DNA from: Vulcanimicrobiota bacterium
GTDB taxonomy: Bacteria; Vulcanimicrobiota; Vulcanimicrobiia; Vulcanimicrobiales; Vulcanimicrobiaceae
Length of the DNA: 64,000 bases
NCBI GenBank assembly: GCA_963714015.1
Contig: OY970223.1
Coordinates: 2,176,001 to 2,240,000, forward strand
Reading direction: 5' to 3'
This document shows, piece by piece, positions 50,754 through 59,573 of the stretch. The notes under the pieces were generated by a model. It saw only the letters and a list, made by a program, of their open reading frames with translations, made no database searches and had not been told where the DNA came from. The translations under genes and the position numbers were made by a program. Numbering within the stretch: position 1 is the first letter of the stretch; the number at the start of each line of letters is the position of its first letter.

Positions 50754-51542
50754 ATGCCCGACGTTCGCTTTGCCTCAAACGGCGCCGTATTGACGGTGAC
50801 GCTCGATCGCCCGCAGCGAAAGAATCCGCTGACGTTCGAGTCGTACGCGCAGCTGCGCGACTGCTTTCTTGCGTTGAATGACGATTCGCAGACGAAGGTA
50901 GTCGTTTTGACGGGGGAAGGCGAGAATTTTTGCTCCGGCGGCGACGTGCATGACATCATCGGGCCGCTCACGGCGCGCAGCCCCGAGCAACTTCTCGAGT
51001 TTACGCAGATGACCGGAAATTTAGTCAAAGCAATGCGCGCCTGCCCGCAGCCGATCGTCGCGGCGGTCGACGGCGTCTGCGCCGGAGCCGGTGCTATTCT
51101 GGCGATGGCATCGGACGTTCGATTCGGTACGGCACGCAGTAAGGTCGCGTTTCTGTTCGTTCGCGTAGGGCTCGCCGGTTGCGATATGGGCGCTTGTGCC
51201 TTGCTGCCGCGCATCATCGGCCAAGGCCGCGCATCCGAGCTGCTCTACACCGGCCGGACGATGGGGGGCGACGAGGCGCTGTCGTGGGGATTCTACAACG
51301 GGCTGCACGAGCCCGGCGATCTGCTTGCATACGCCGCATCGTTTGCGCAGACGCTGGCTTCGGGTCCGACGTTCGCCCACGCGATGACCAAGCAGATGCT
51401 GCATGAGGAATGGAACATGCCGCTCGACGCCGCCATCGACGCCGAAGCGCGGGCGCAAGCGCTTTGCATGCAGACGAACGATTTCCGGCGCGCGTACGAA
51501 GCGTTTGCCGGCGGCACCAAACCGTTGTTTGCGGGCGATTAA
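50754..51542 (+). CDS. Enoyl-CoA hydratase family protein (abm-cluster type)
   Basis: [30 protein letters not shown]. Confidence 0.9.
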   Translation: MPDVRFASNGAVLTVTLDRPQRKNPLTFESYAQLRDCFLALNDDSQTKVVVLTGEGENFCSGGDVHDIIGPLTARSPEQLLEFTQMTGNLVKAMRACPQPIVAAVDGVCAGAGAILAMASDVRFGTARSKVAFLFVRVGLAGCDMGACALLPRIIGQGRASELLYTGRTMGGDEALSWGFYNGLHEPGDLLAYAASFAQTLASGPTFAHAMTKQMLHEEWNMPLDAAIDAEARAQALCMQTNDFRRAYEAFAGGTKPLFAGD

Positions 51543-52670
51543 ATGCTGCAAAGGATCGTTCACTGGCCGTTCTTCGGAGAGTCTGAGCGTGATTTTGCCT
51601 CCGACTTCGAATCGTGGGTTTCAAGGCAGCCGCCCGGCGACGAAAACGACGCTGACGGTTCGTGCCGGCGATGGGTGCACACGCTGGCGGAAGGGGGCTG
51701 GCTGGCATTCTGCGTCGAGCTTGAAGTGCGCAAATTGGCCCTTGCGCGCGAGGCCCTGGCTTATCGCGACGCGCTTGGCGATTTTGCGTTCGCGATGCAG
51801 GGCCTCGGCGCTGGACCCATCGCCCTGTTCGGCAGCAAGGAACAGCGCCAAACTCTTCTTCCGGAGATCGTCTCCGGCGAAGCGATTATGGCCTTCGCGC
51901 TCTCGGAAAGCGAAGCGGGCTCCGACGTTTCAGCTATTACTACGCGGGCGCGGCGCGACGCAGAGAGCTACGTCATCGACGGCGAGAAGACGTGGATCAG
52001 CAACGCCGGCATTGCCGACCGGTATGTCGTCTTTGCTCGCACTTCCGACGAGGGATCGAGGGGGCTCAGCGCGTTCGTAGTGGATGCAAACACGCCGGGG
52101 CTGTCGATCGCGCGGCGCATCGAAACGATCTCGCCCCATCCGTTAGGCACCCTTCGATTCGACGCCGTGAGCGTTCCGGTCGCCCGGCTCATCGGCGTGC
52201 CCGGCGAGGGTTTCAAGATCGCAATGGCCACGCTCGACCTCTTCCGTCCGACCGTCGGCGCCGCTGCAATGGGCTTTGCGCGGCGCGCGCTGGACGAAAC
52301 GATCCGGCACGTGAAGTCGCGCCGTGTTTTCGGCGCACCGCTCGCCCAGATGCAGTTGACGCAGGCAAAGATCGCCCACATGGCCACCGAAATCGAAGCG
52401 GGTGAATTGCTGGTCTATCGCGCCGCGTTCGAAAAGGATTCGGGCAAGCCCCGGATCACGCGCGAAGCGGCAATGGCCAAGTGGTTCGCCACAGAAGCGG
52501 CCGGGAGAGCGGCGGACGCGGCCGTGCAGCTCTTCGGCGGTGCCGGCGTGACGAAAGGCGAGATCGCCGAACGGCTCTACCGTGACGTGCGCGCGCTGCG
52601 GATCTACGAAGGCGCGAGCGAAATTCAGCAGCTCGTCATTGCGCGCAGCGTTCTAGAGGATCGATCGTGA
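51543..52670 (+). CDS. Acyl-CoA dehydrogenase (abm-cluster type)
   Basis: DFAFAMQGLG, ALSE..AGSD, GEKTWISN, AAMAK, RIYEGASEIQ. Confidence 0.92.
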   Translation: MLQRIVHWPFFGESERDFASDFESWVSRQPPGDENDADGSCRRWVHTLAEGGWLAFCVELEVRKLALAREALAYRDALGDFAFAMQGLGAGPIALFGSKEQRQTLLPEIVSGEAIMAFALSESEAGSDVSAITTRARRDAESYVIDGEKTWISNAGIADRYVVFARTSDEGSRGLSAFVVDANTPGLSIARRIETISPHPLGTLRFDAVSVPVARLIGVPGEGFKIAMATLDLFRPTVGAAAMGFARRALDETIRHVKSRRVFGAPLAQMQLTQAKIAHMATEIEAGELLVYRAAFEKDSGKPRITREAAMAKWFATEAAGRAADAAVQLFGGAGVTKGEIAERLYRDVRALRIYEGASEIQQLVIARSVLEDRS

Positions 52671-54280
52671 CCGAAACGGCCCACGTCGACGCCTTCGCGC
52701 GCGCAGGTCTGCCGCCGCGAGATCAGTGGCCGGATCTCATCTTTAGCCTTCCGGAATTGCAGTATCCGGAGCGCCTGAATTGCGCGTCGCGCTTACTGGA
52801 CCGGCACGTCGCCGAAGGCCGCGGAGACCGCCGCTGCATCGTCGCTCCCGGCATCGAGTGGACTTATCGCGATCTGTTCGAGCACGCCAATCGCATCGCG
52901 CGCGTGCTCACCGAAGACCTAGGCATCGTTCCTGGTAATCGCGTATTGCTGCGGGCGCCCAATACGCCCATGCTCGCGGCATGCTGGTTTGCGGTCATGA
53001 AAGCGGGCGCCGTCGCGGTTACGGCGATGCCGCTCTACCGCGCGAACGAACTTCGCAACATCATCGGTAAGGCGCGGATTGGTTTGGCGCTTTGCGATGC
53101 GGCACTCGCCGAAGAACTGCACGCCGCAGCGGCGGAAACCGCCGGGTTTACCACGGTGCACTTCGGAAACGGCGATCTGGAGGAACGAGCCCGCGCAAAG
53201 GAGCCGTCTTTTCGGAACGTCGACACGGCCGCAGAGGACGTGGCGATCATTGCATTTACGTCGGGAACGACCGGCAAACCGAAGGCTGCGATGCACTTTC
53301 ACCGCGACATCTTGGCGACGTGCGACAGCTACGGCAAACACGTGCTGCAAGCAAACGCGGACGATCTGTTCACCGGAAGTCCGCCCCTGGGGTTCACGTT
53401 CGGCTTGGGGGGCGGCCTGCTCTTTCCCCTCGACGTCGGCGCCGCGACGCTTCTGCTCGAAAAGGCGCCCCCGGAGAAGTTGCTTGGGGCAATCCGTGAA
53501 TTCAAAGTGAGCGTCCTCTTCACTGCGCCGATTGCGTACCGCGCAATGTGCGAATTGATGGAAAAATACGACGTGTCGTCGCTGCGCAAATGCGTCTCGG
53601 CCGGTGAGACTCTGCCGCTTGCGGTCTGGAAGCGCTGGCACGAGCAGACGGGCATCCGTATCTTGGACGGTATCGGCAGCACCGAGATGCTGCACATCTT
53701 CATCGGTTCGCCCGAACATCGCGTGCGCGGCGGATCGACCGGACAGACCGTTCCCGGTTACATCGCGCAAATTCACGACGATGATGGTAACGAACTGCCG
53801 CGCGGGCAGGTCGGACGTCTCGCCGTCAAAGGTCCGACCGGGTGCCGGTATCTGCAAGACGATCGTCAGCACACGTATGTGCGAGGCGGCTGGAACTATC
53901 CGGGCGACGCGTATCGCATGGACGAGGACGGCTATTTCCACTACGTCGCGCGCACCGACGACATGATCATCTCCGCCGGCTACAACATCTCCGGGCCCGA
54001 AGTCGAAGAAGTCTTGTCGGCGCATCCGCAGGTGCGCGAGTGCGCGGTCGTCGCGAAACCCGATCCGATCCACCACACGAACATCGTCAAAGCGTACGTC
54101 GTCCTGACCGACGCGCCGATCGGCACCGATGCCAAGGCAATCGAACTTCAAGAATTCGTCCGCGACCGTATCGCGCCGTTCAAAACGCCGCGCGAGATCG
54201 AGTTCGTTCCGGAACTGCCGCGCACTCAGACCGGCAAAGTGCAGCGGTTCCGCCTGCGCGAACAAGCCGCTTCCGAATAA
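52667..54280 (+). CDS. Aryl-CoA ligase, 2-aminobenzoate-CoA ligase-like
   Basis: FTSGTTGKPK, SAGETL, DGIGSTEMLH, RTDDMIISAGYNI, PRTQTGK; N-terminal HVD.FAR..LPP. Confidence 0.88.
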   Translation: MTETAHVDAFARAGLPPRDQWPDLIFSLPELQYPERLNCASRLLDRHVAEGRGDRRCIVAPGIEWTYRDLFEHANRIARVLTEDLGIVPGNRVLLRAPNTPMLAACWFAVMKAGAVAVTAMPLYRANELRNIIGKARIGLALCDAALAEELHAAAAETAGFTTVHFGNGDLEERARAKEPSFRNVDTAAEDVAIIAFTSGTTGKPKAAMHFHRDILATCDSYGKHVLQANADDLFTGSPPLGFTFGLGGGLLFPLDVGAATLLLEKAPPEKLLGAIREFKVSVLFTAPIAYRAMCELMEKYDVSSLRKCVSAGETLPLAVWKRWHEQTGIRILDGIGSTEMLHIFIGSPEHRVRGGSTGQTVPGYIAQIHDDDGNELPRGQVGRLAVKGPTGCRYLQDDRQHTYVRGGWNYPGDAYRMDEDGYFHYVARTDDMIISAGYNISGPEVEEVLSAHPQVRECAVVAKPDPIHHTNIVKAYVVLTDAPIGTDAKAIELQEFVRDRIAPFKTPREIEFVPELPRTQTGKVQRFRLREQAASE

Positions 54281-54328
54281 ATTACGGTAAGCCGGATAAT
54301 CGGCACACGGGCGAGGTCCACAATAACG

Positions 54329-54337
54329 TGCTATAAT
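54329..54337 (+). promoter_or_regulatory. Extended -10 promoter
   Basis: TG-C-TATAAT upstream of a GGAGG RBS and ATG 54358. Confidence 0.55.
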
Positions 54338-54357
54338 GCGACCCCGGAGGTAGAACG

Positions 54358-55014
54358 ATGTTTGCACGCGTAAGCTCGCTGCTCTTGTGTTTCGCGCTCG
54401 CCGCTTTTGCGGCAATCGCGCCGGCGAACGCAGATGAAGGCCCCACGTATACCGGTCCGATGAGTGCCTCGGAAAAAGCCTTCGTACAAAGTATCCAAAG
54501 CGATCTGATGAAGCGGTTTCCCACCGCAGCCGATGCGATGAAAGCCGGCTACGTGCGGTACACGAACGAGGACAACACCGGCGCCATCAGTTACGCGAAC
54601 CAGCAGTGGACGTCCAGCGACATCCGTCATCCCAGCCAGCTCTGGTATGACAAGAAGGGCAATTTGCTCGGCGCCGATTTTTCGGTTCCGGACACCAACG
54701 GAAAACGTCCCAACTTGTTCGGCGTCAATCCCGGCCGCTGGGTCGAGTTCGACGATCACGTGCATTGGATCGGTCGCAGCGCGTCGACTGGGAAGACGAC
54801 GTACGACAACTACGTGATGGCCGGCCCGTACAAGGCGGCAGGCGGCGATCCTGCGCACCCGACGGCCCAGCAGCTCGTCAAGATGGGCAAAGTGAAGGAC
54901 ACCTCGCAGGTCACGCAGGTCTTCGACATGCCTTCGATCTGGGATCTGATCGTCTGGGTCAAGCCTAACCCGAATGGGGCGTTTGCCGAAAAGAATCCGA
55001 ACGTCGCAATGTGA
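54358..55014 (+). CDS. Secreted hypothetical protein
   Basis: Signal peptide ending ANA, GGAGG RBS; A.KAGY, LLGADF, HVH, WV..PNPNG.F motifs. Confidence 0.8.
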   Translation: MFARVSSLLLCFALAAFAAIAPANADEGPTYTGPMSASEKAFVQSIQSDLMKRFPTAADAMKAGYVRYTNEDNTGAISYANQQWTSSDIRHPSQLWYDKKGNLLGADFSVPDTNGKRPNLFGVNPGRWVEFDDHVHWIGRSASTGKTTYDNYVMAGPYKAAGGDPAHPTAQQLVKMGKVKDTSQVTQVFDMPSIWDLIVWVKPNPNGAFAEKNPNVAM

Positions 55015-55026
55015 ATCGCGAGCGGC

Positions 55027-55049
55027 AGGACTTAGTTTCCTTAATAAAA
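55027..55049 (+). promoter_or_regulatory. Candidate ROK repressor operator (copy 2)
   Basis: AGGACTTAGTTTCCTTAATAAAA ending 17 nt before ATG 55066; 21/23 identical to the site at 40963-40985. Confidence 0.7.
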
Positions 55050-55065
55050 TAATAGTCCCGGACTC

Positions 55066-56448
55066 ATGGCGCTCACCGAATCTTCAGATGAATCCGGGAC
55101 CGGGCGGCCCCGACGGCGGCTGACGCTGTGGGATCTGATCTTTTACGGCATAATCCTTATCCAGCCCATCGCGCCGGTGCCGCTTTTCGGGGTCGCACAG
55201 CAACTTTCGAACGGCCACTTCGCCACGATCATTCTCATAGCGATGGCGGCGATGATGATCACGGCGGTCAGTTACGGGCGGATGGCCGCGGTCTATCCGG
55301 CCGCCGGGTCGGCATATACCTACGTGGGCAAAGGGCTGAATCCGCATTTGGGGTTTTTGGCCGGCTGGGCAATGTTCATGGACTATCTGCTGCAGCCGCT
55401 CATCAATACGGTTTTCATTTCGATGGAACTGCACGCGCGGTATCTGAAGGCCGTTCCGTACGCGGTACTGGCATTCGTCATCGCTGCAATTCTTACGGTT
55501 TTGAATCTGCGGGGCATTCGGACTTCGGCAAAAGCAAATAAAGTTTTGCTCCTTTTCATGTTCGTGGTCATCGCCGCGTTCGTGCTGCTCGCACTGGAAT
55601 TTTTATTCCGCACGCAAGGCTGGGGCGGCGTACTCTCGACCCAGCCGTTCTACGATCCGGCGACCTTCAACTGGACTCGCATCTGGACCGCCACCTCGTT
55701 TGCCGCGCTCACGTATATCGGTTTCGACGGCGTCACGACACTTGCGGAAGACGCGCAGAATCCTAAGCGCAACATAATGCTCGCCACGGTTTTGGTGTGC
55801 GCATTCACCGGCGTCTTCGGCTGCTTGGAAGTGTATCTGGGGCAGCGCGTATGGCCGAACTGGCAGACGTTTCACGATCTCACGACCGCGTTCATGGACG
55901 TCTGCAGCCGAGTCGGCGGACCTTGGCTTTTCAATGGAATGGGCGTCATTCTGATTCTCGCTGCGTTCGGCAGCGGACTGACCGGAGCACTCGGCGCCTC
56001 GAAGCTGCTCTTCGGCATGGGCCGTGACAACGTGCTGCCGCGCCGCGTCTTCGGGCATTTGAGTCCGAACAGCACGACGCCCAGTTACAACATCGTGATT
56101 ATCGGCGTGCTCACGCTGGTAGGGGCAGTTCTGCTCAATCGCTACGGCAACGCGTACGAGCTCGCGGGAGAGATGCTGAATTTCGGCGCCTTTCTCGCGT
56201 TCATGGGCGTCAATTTCGCGGCGTTTTGGCAATTCTCCGTACTAGGTTGGAAGGGGCTGCGCCGGGAGGTGATCGCCGACGCGGTGCTGCCGCTCGCGGG
56301 ATTCGCATTTTGCGCGGCGATCTGGTGGAACCTCAATCCCCTTGCAAAGACCGTCGGCGGAATCTGGTTCGCCCTCGGCATTCTCTATCTGATCGTCAAA
56401 ACACGCGGGCTGCGCCGCGCCCCGGTGATGATCGACTTCAGCGGCTGA
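55066..56448 (+). CDS. APC family permease (PuuP/PlaP-like)
   Basis: LTLWDL..YGI..IQP.AP, SYGRMA..YP.AGSAYTY, GFDGVTTLAED, MGRD.VLP. Confidence 0.9.
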   Translation: MALTESSDESGTGRPRRRLTLWDLIFYGIILIQPIAPVPLFGVAQQLSNGHFATIILIAMAAMMITAVSYGRMAAVYPAAGSAYTYVGKGLNPHLGFLAGWAMFMDYLLQPLINTVFISMELHARYLKAVPYAVLAFVIAAILTVLNLRGIRTSAKANKVLLLFMFVVIAAFVLLALEFLFRTQGWGGVLSTQPFYDPATFNWTRIWTATSFAALTYIGFDGVTTLAEDAQNPKRNIMLATVLVCAFTGVFGCLEVYLGQRVWPNWQTFHDLTTAFMDVCSRVGGPWLFNGMGVILILAAFGSGLTGALGASKLLFGMGRDNVLPRRVFGHLSPNSTTPSYNIVIIGVLTLVGAVLLNRYGNAYELAGEMLNFGAFLAFMGVNFAAFWQFSVLGWKGLRREVIADAVLPLAGFAFCAAIWWNLNPLAKTVGGIWFALGILYLIVKTRGLRRAPVMIDFSG

Positions 56449-56475
56449 TCGTCTGGTCGAGGCCGACACTCCAGA

Positions 56476-56877
56476 TTATGCGCGCGATTCAATAATGGCC
56501 GTTGCCTCGATCTCGACCTTCGCCCGATCTTCGAGGAGCGCCGCAACTTGAACGAGGGTCATCGCGGGGTAGTGGCCGCCGATGATCCCGCGATAGGCCT
56601 CCCCTATTCGGCTGCGCGCGGCGGCGTACTCGTGCTTATCGGTCACGTACCACGTCATGCGAACCAGGTCGCTAGGCTTGCCGCCGGCCGCATGCAGCAC
56701 GGCTGCCACGTTGCGCAGCGCCTGCGCGGCCTGCTCGGCGAAGTCATCCGAAACGATCTCGCCGTGCTCGTTCCAGCCGATCTGGCCGGCTATTGCAACG
56801 TACTCGCCTTGCGCGCAAATCGCGTTACTGTAGCCTTGCGGGTTTGGCCAGCCCGGCGGCTGGACGGCCCGCGTCAC
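56476..56877 (-). CDS. ridA: RidA/YjgF family enamine deaminase
   Basis: PPGW..P.GYS, AGQIG, YPAMTLVQV.AL, VEIEATA. Confidence 0.88.
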   Translation of the reverse strand: MTRAVQPPGWPNPQGYSNAICAQGEYVAIAGQIGWNEHGEIVSDDFAEQAAQALRNVAAVLHAAGGKPSDLVRMTWYVTDKHEYAAARSRIGEAYRGIIGGHYPAMTLVQVAALLEDRAKVEIEATAIIESRA

Positions 56878-58379
56878 GCGTAATCCGCCGCAGTAGTGAA
56901 ATCGGTTTGGTTCCGCGCACCGGCGGCGTTGAGGCCGGCGCTCAGGGCGAGCGTCACCGCCAGATTAAGTAGAAAAGCGTAGAACATATTCGCGCCCGTA
57001 ATCGTGAGGCCGCCGAGGTGCAGCGGAAATACCGATGAAAAATGGGTGACAATCGCCATGGCGGTGGCCGCGATCATTCCCACGGCCCAACCGGTTAGGA
57101 GTGCGGCCGAGTGCAGGCGCCGCGTATAAAGGCCTAAGATGACGGACGGGAATATCTGCAAGATCCAGCTCCTCCGAGCAGTTGAAAGTTGATGGAAAAT
57201 TGCGGCTTGATCAGCAGTGCGACGGTAAGTGCGCACGCCAGCACGCCCAATGCCACGTAACGCGCGAGCGCTGCTTGAATCGGCGGCCGTTCGCTGCGCG
57301 ATCGGAACGAGCGCAGGATGTTGCTCGCAAATAAATTCGCCGCACCGATCGCCATGATAGCCGCCGGCACGAGCGCGCCGATAACGATCGCCGCAAACGC
57401 AACCCCGGCAAACCAGCCGGGAAAGAATCGCGAAAACAGCATGGGGATCGCCAGGTTGTTGTCTTTGACGTGAATTCCGGCTGCGAGGGCGCAGTAACCT
57501 AGGAGCGCGATGAACGTCAGCAATAAGTCTGTAAAGGGGAAGCAGCGCGCAGTTGCGGCGAATCACCCCTGCACTCTTGGCGCTTAATACGCTCGTGATG
57601 GTGTGCGGATAGAGGAAGAGCGCAAGCGCGGATCCCAGCGCCAGACTCGCGTACGCAAAATAGGCATTCGGTCCTAGAATGATCGAGGCGGGTTTCGGCG
57701 CCGCCGCGAGAGCCTTTTGCGCGGCATCGAAGACGCTATGCCAACCACCGAGCGCGGCCGGAACGATCGCCAGCGCGGCACCGACCGTGATGTAGATAAG
57801 CGCGTCCTTCACGAAAGCGATCATCGCGGGCGCGCGCAAACCGCTGACGAATGTGTAGCCGGCCAGCAATACGAACGCGCCAATCAGGAACAGAGTAGAC
57901 GATTGCGCATTTGGGGCGATGCCCGACTGCTGCAGCACCGAACGCATGCCGATGAGCTGAAGCGCGATATAGGGAAGCGTTGCTGCAACGCCCGTCGCTG
58001 CGACCGCGAACTCCAAGCCGCGGCTGCCGAAGCGGTCGTGCACGAAATCGGCGGTCGTTACGTAGCCCCGGCGTTTGGCGATGGTCCAAAAGCGGGCCAT
58101 GACGAGAAAGGCTGCCGGATACGCGATCGTCGTGTACGGCACGGCAAAGAACGCAATTGCGCCCGCTCCGAACGCAAGCGCCGGTACTGCGATGAAGGTA
58201 TAGGCGGTGTAGAGATCGCCGCCGAGCAAAAACCAGGAGACCAGGGTTCCGAAGCGCCGGCCGCCCAGGGCCCATTCGTCCAAACTTTCAATCTTGGCGT
58301 TGCCCCAGCGCGCCGCCAAGAATCCCATGAGCGTGACTGCAGCAACCAAAAAGATGAAGATGGCGGTCCCGCTACTCAC
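56874..58379 (-). CDS. Sodium:solute symporter (MctP-like); compensating frameshifts near 57528 and 57168
   Basis: EWALGGRRFG, FLLGGDLYTAYTF, PYIALQL, LFLYPH; the true middle segment lies in ORF 57134-57523 (GALVPAAIM..AANLF). Confidence 0.88.
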   Translation of the reverse strand: MSSGTAIFIFLVAAVTLMGFLAARWGNAKIESLDEWALGGRRFGTLVSWFLLGGDLYTAYTFIAVPALAFGAGAIAFFAVPYTTIAYPAAFLVMARFWTIAKRRGYVTTADFVHDRFGSRGLEFAVAATGVAATLPYIALQLIGMRSVLQQSGIAPNAQSSTLFLIGAFVLLAGYTFVSGLRAPAMIAFVKDALIYITVGAALAIVPAALGGWHSVFDAAQKALAAAPKPASIILGPNAYFAYASLALGSALALFLYPHTITSVLSAKSAGVIRRNCALLPLYRLIADVHRAPRLLRPRSRNSRQRQQPGDPHAVFAILSRLVCRGCVCGDRYRRARAGGYHGDRCGEFICEQHPALVPIAQRTAADSSSARALRGIGRAGVRTYRRTADQAAIFHQLSTARRSWILQIFPSVILGLYTRRLHSAALLTGWAVGMIAATAMAIVTHFSSVFPLHLGGLTITGANMFYAFLLNLAVTLALSAGLNAAGARNQTDFTTAADYA

Positions 58380-58565
58380 GCTCCTGCTCCCGCGTGGCGA
58401 GATAGACGGCGATGACGATCAGCGCCGAGAGTACGATCCACAGGATCTGGTACCAGTAAAAGAACGGAAAGCCGAAGAGTCGGGTTCGCGGCGCGCATAA
58501 AACGGGGGGAACAGCGTTGCGGCGAACGGGATGACCAGGGCCCAATACCACAAACGCCGGCTCAT
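58372..58565 (-). CDS. DUF3311 small membrane protein, SSS partner (frameshift near 58479)
   Basis: Repaired sequence ...PFYARREPELFGFPFFYWYQILW..., directly upstream of the symporter. Confidence 0.8.
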
Positions 58566-58594
58566 TGCTGGCGAGGTTCGAGCCGTGCGCGGTT

Positions 58595-59530
58595 CTATCT
58601 TCCCAATGGGACCGTACGTTTCGCCCACAGCGCGCGCAGCGAGTATTTGCCGAGCAGTTGCGAAATAGCCATCCCGCTTATGCAGACGGCGGCGCCGGCG
58701 ATTTCGTGCGGCTCTATCCGCGCCTGGAGCAGCGGAATGCTCAAGAACCCCGTGGCCACCGGAACGGCGAATTGAAACATCGACACGCGGCCGGCACCGA
58801 GCTGGGAGATGGCAAAACTCCAAACCGGATACGTGAGGACGACCGGAAAGATGACGGCATAACCGAAGATCGCCCAATCTATCGGGGGAATGAGCTGCCA
58901 ATTCTGGTGGAGCATCCGCGGTACGGCACCGGGCAAGAGCATCACCGTTCCGAAGGCCATCGCAATCGCTACGAGCGAGACCGGCGCGTAGCGTCCGACG
59001 AGCCGCGCGCTGAGCACGTTAAAGCCGGCGAAGACGCCTGCCGAGAGCAGCGTCAGACCGTCGCCGATACGGAACGTCACGTGCCGCGCGAAGACGCCTT
59101 CGAAGATCGCAACGCCGAAGAGCGCCATCGCCGCCCCGGCCCAACGTCCGCTGCGAACGCGTTCGGTCCGGGCGAACGCGACGATCGCCAGCGTAATGAC
59201 CGGCGCCATCGACGCGAGCAGCGCCGAGGCGAACGCGGTCGTATGCGCGAGACCGATTACCCAAAGATACTGATAGACTCCATATCCGCAGGCGCCGCAT
59301 GCGATGAGCAGGGGCAGGTCTTTCTTTTGAATGCGCACGCGTTCGCCCAAGGCATATGCCAGCGCAAACGCCAGCGGTGTCATCAGGAGAAAGCGCAAAC
59401 CGGTAAAAGCGAGCGGATCCATCAAGCGAACCGCATATTTAACGGCAACGGTGTTGATCGACCACGTCGCGACGGTGTAGACGAGTCCGAGATACGTCAG
59501 CGCGCGTTGCGTCGTCACCGCACAGGTCAT
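58595..59530 (-). CDS. DMT/EamA family transporter
   Basis: Ten TM segments in two EamA repeats (W..N..AVK, GL..TTA..A, GDGLTL, GAGRVS); start uncertain. Confidence 0.88.
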   Translation of the reverse strand: MTCAVTTQRALTYLGLVYTVATWSINTVAVKYAVRLMDPLAFTGLRFLLMTPLAFALAYALGERVRIQKKDLPLLIACGACGYGVYQYLWVIGLAHTTAFASALLASMAPVITLAIVAFARTERVRSGRWAGAAMALFGVAIFEGVFARHVTFRIGDGLTLLSAGVFAGFNVLSARLVGRYAPVSLVAIAMAFGTVMLLPGAVPRMLHQNWQLIPPIDWAIFGYAVIFPVVLTYPVWSFAISQLGAGRVSMFQFAVPVATGFLSIPLLQARIEPHEIAGAAVCISGMAISQLLGKYSLRALWAKRTVPLGR

Positions 59531-59573
59531 ACCGGCCGCGGGCAAAACCTCCTGGCCACGTTGTCCTTCGTGC

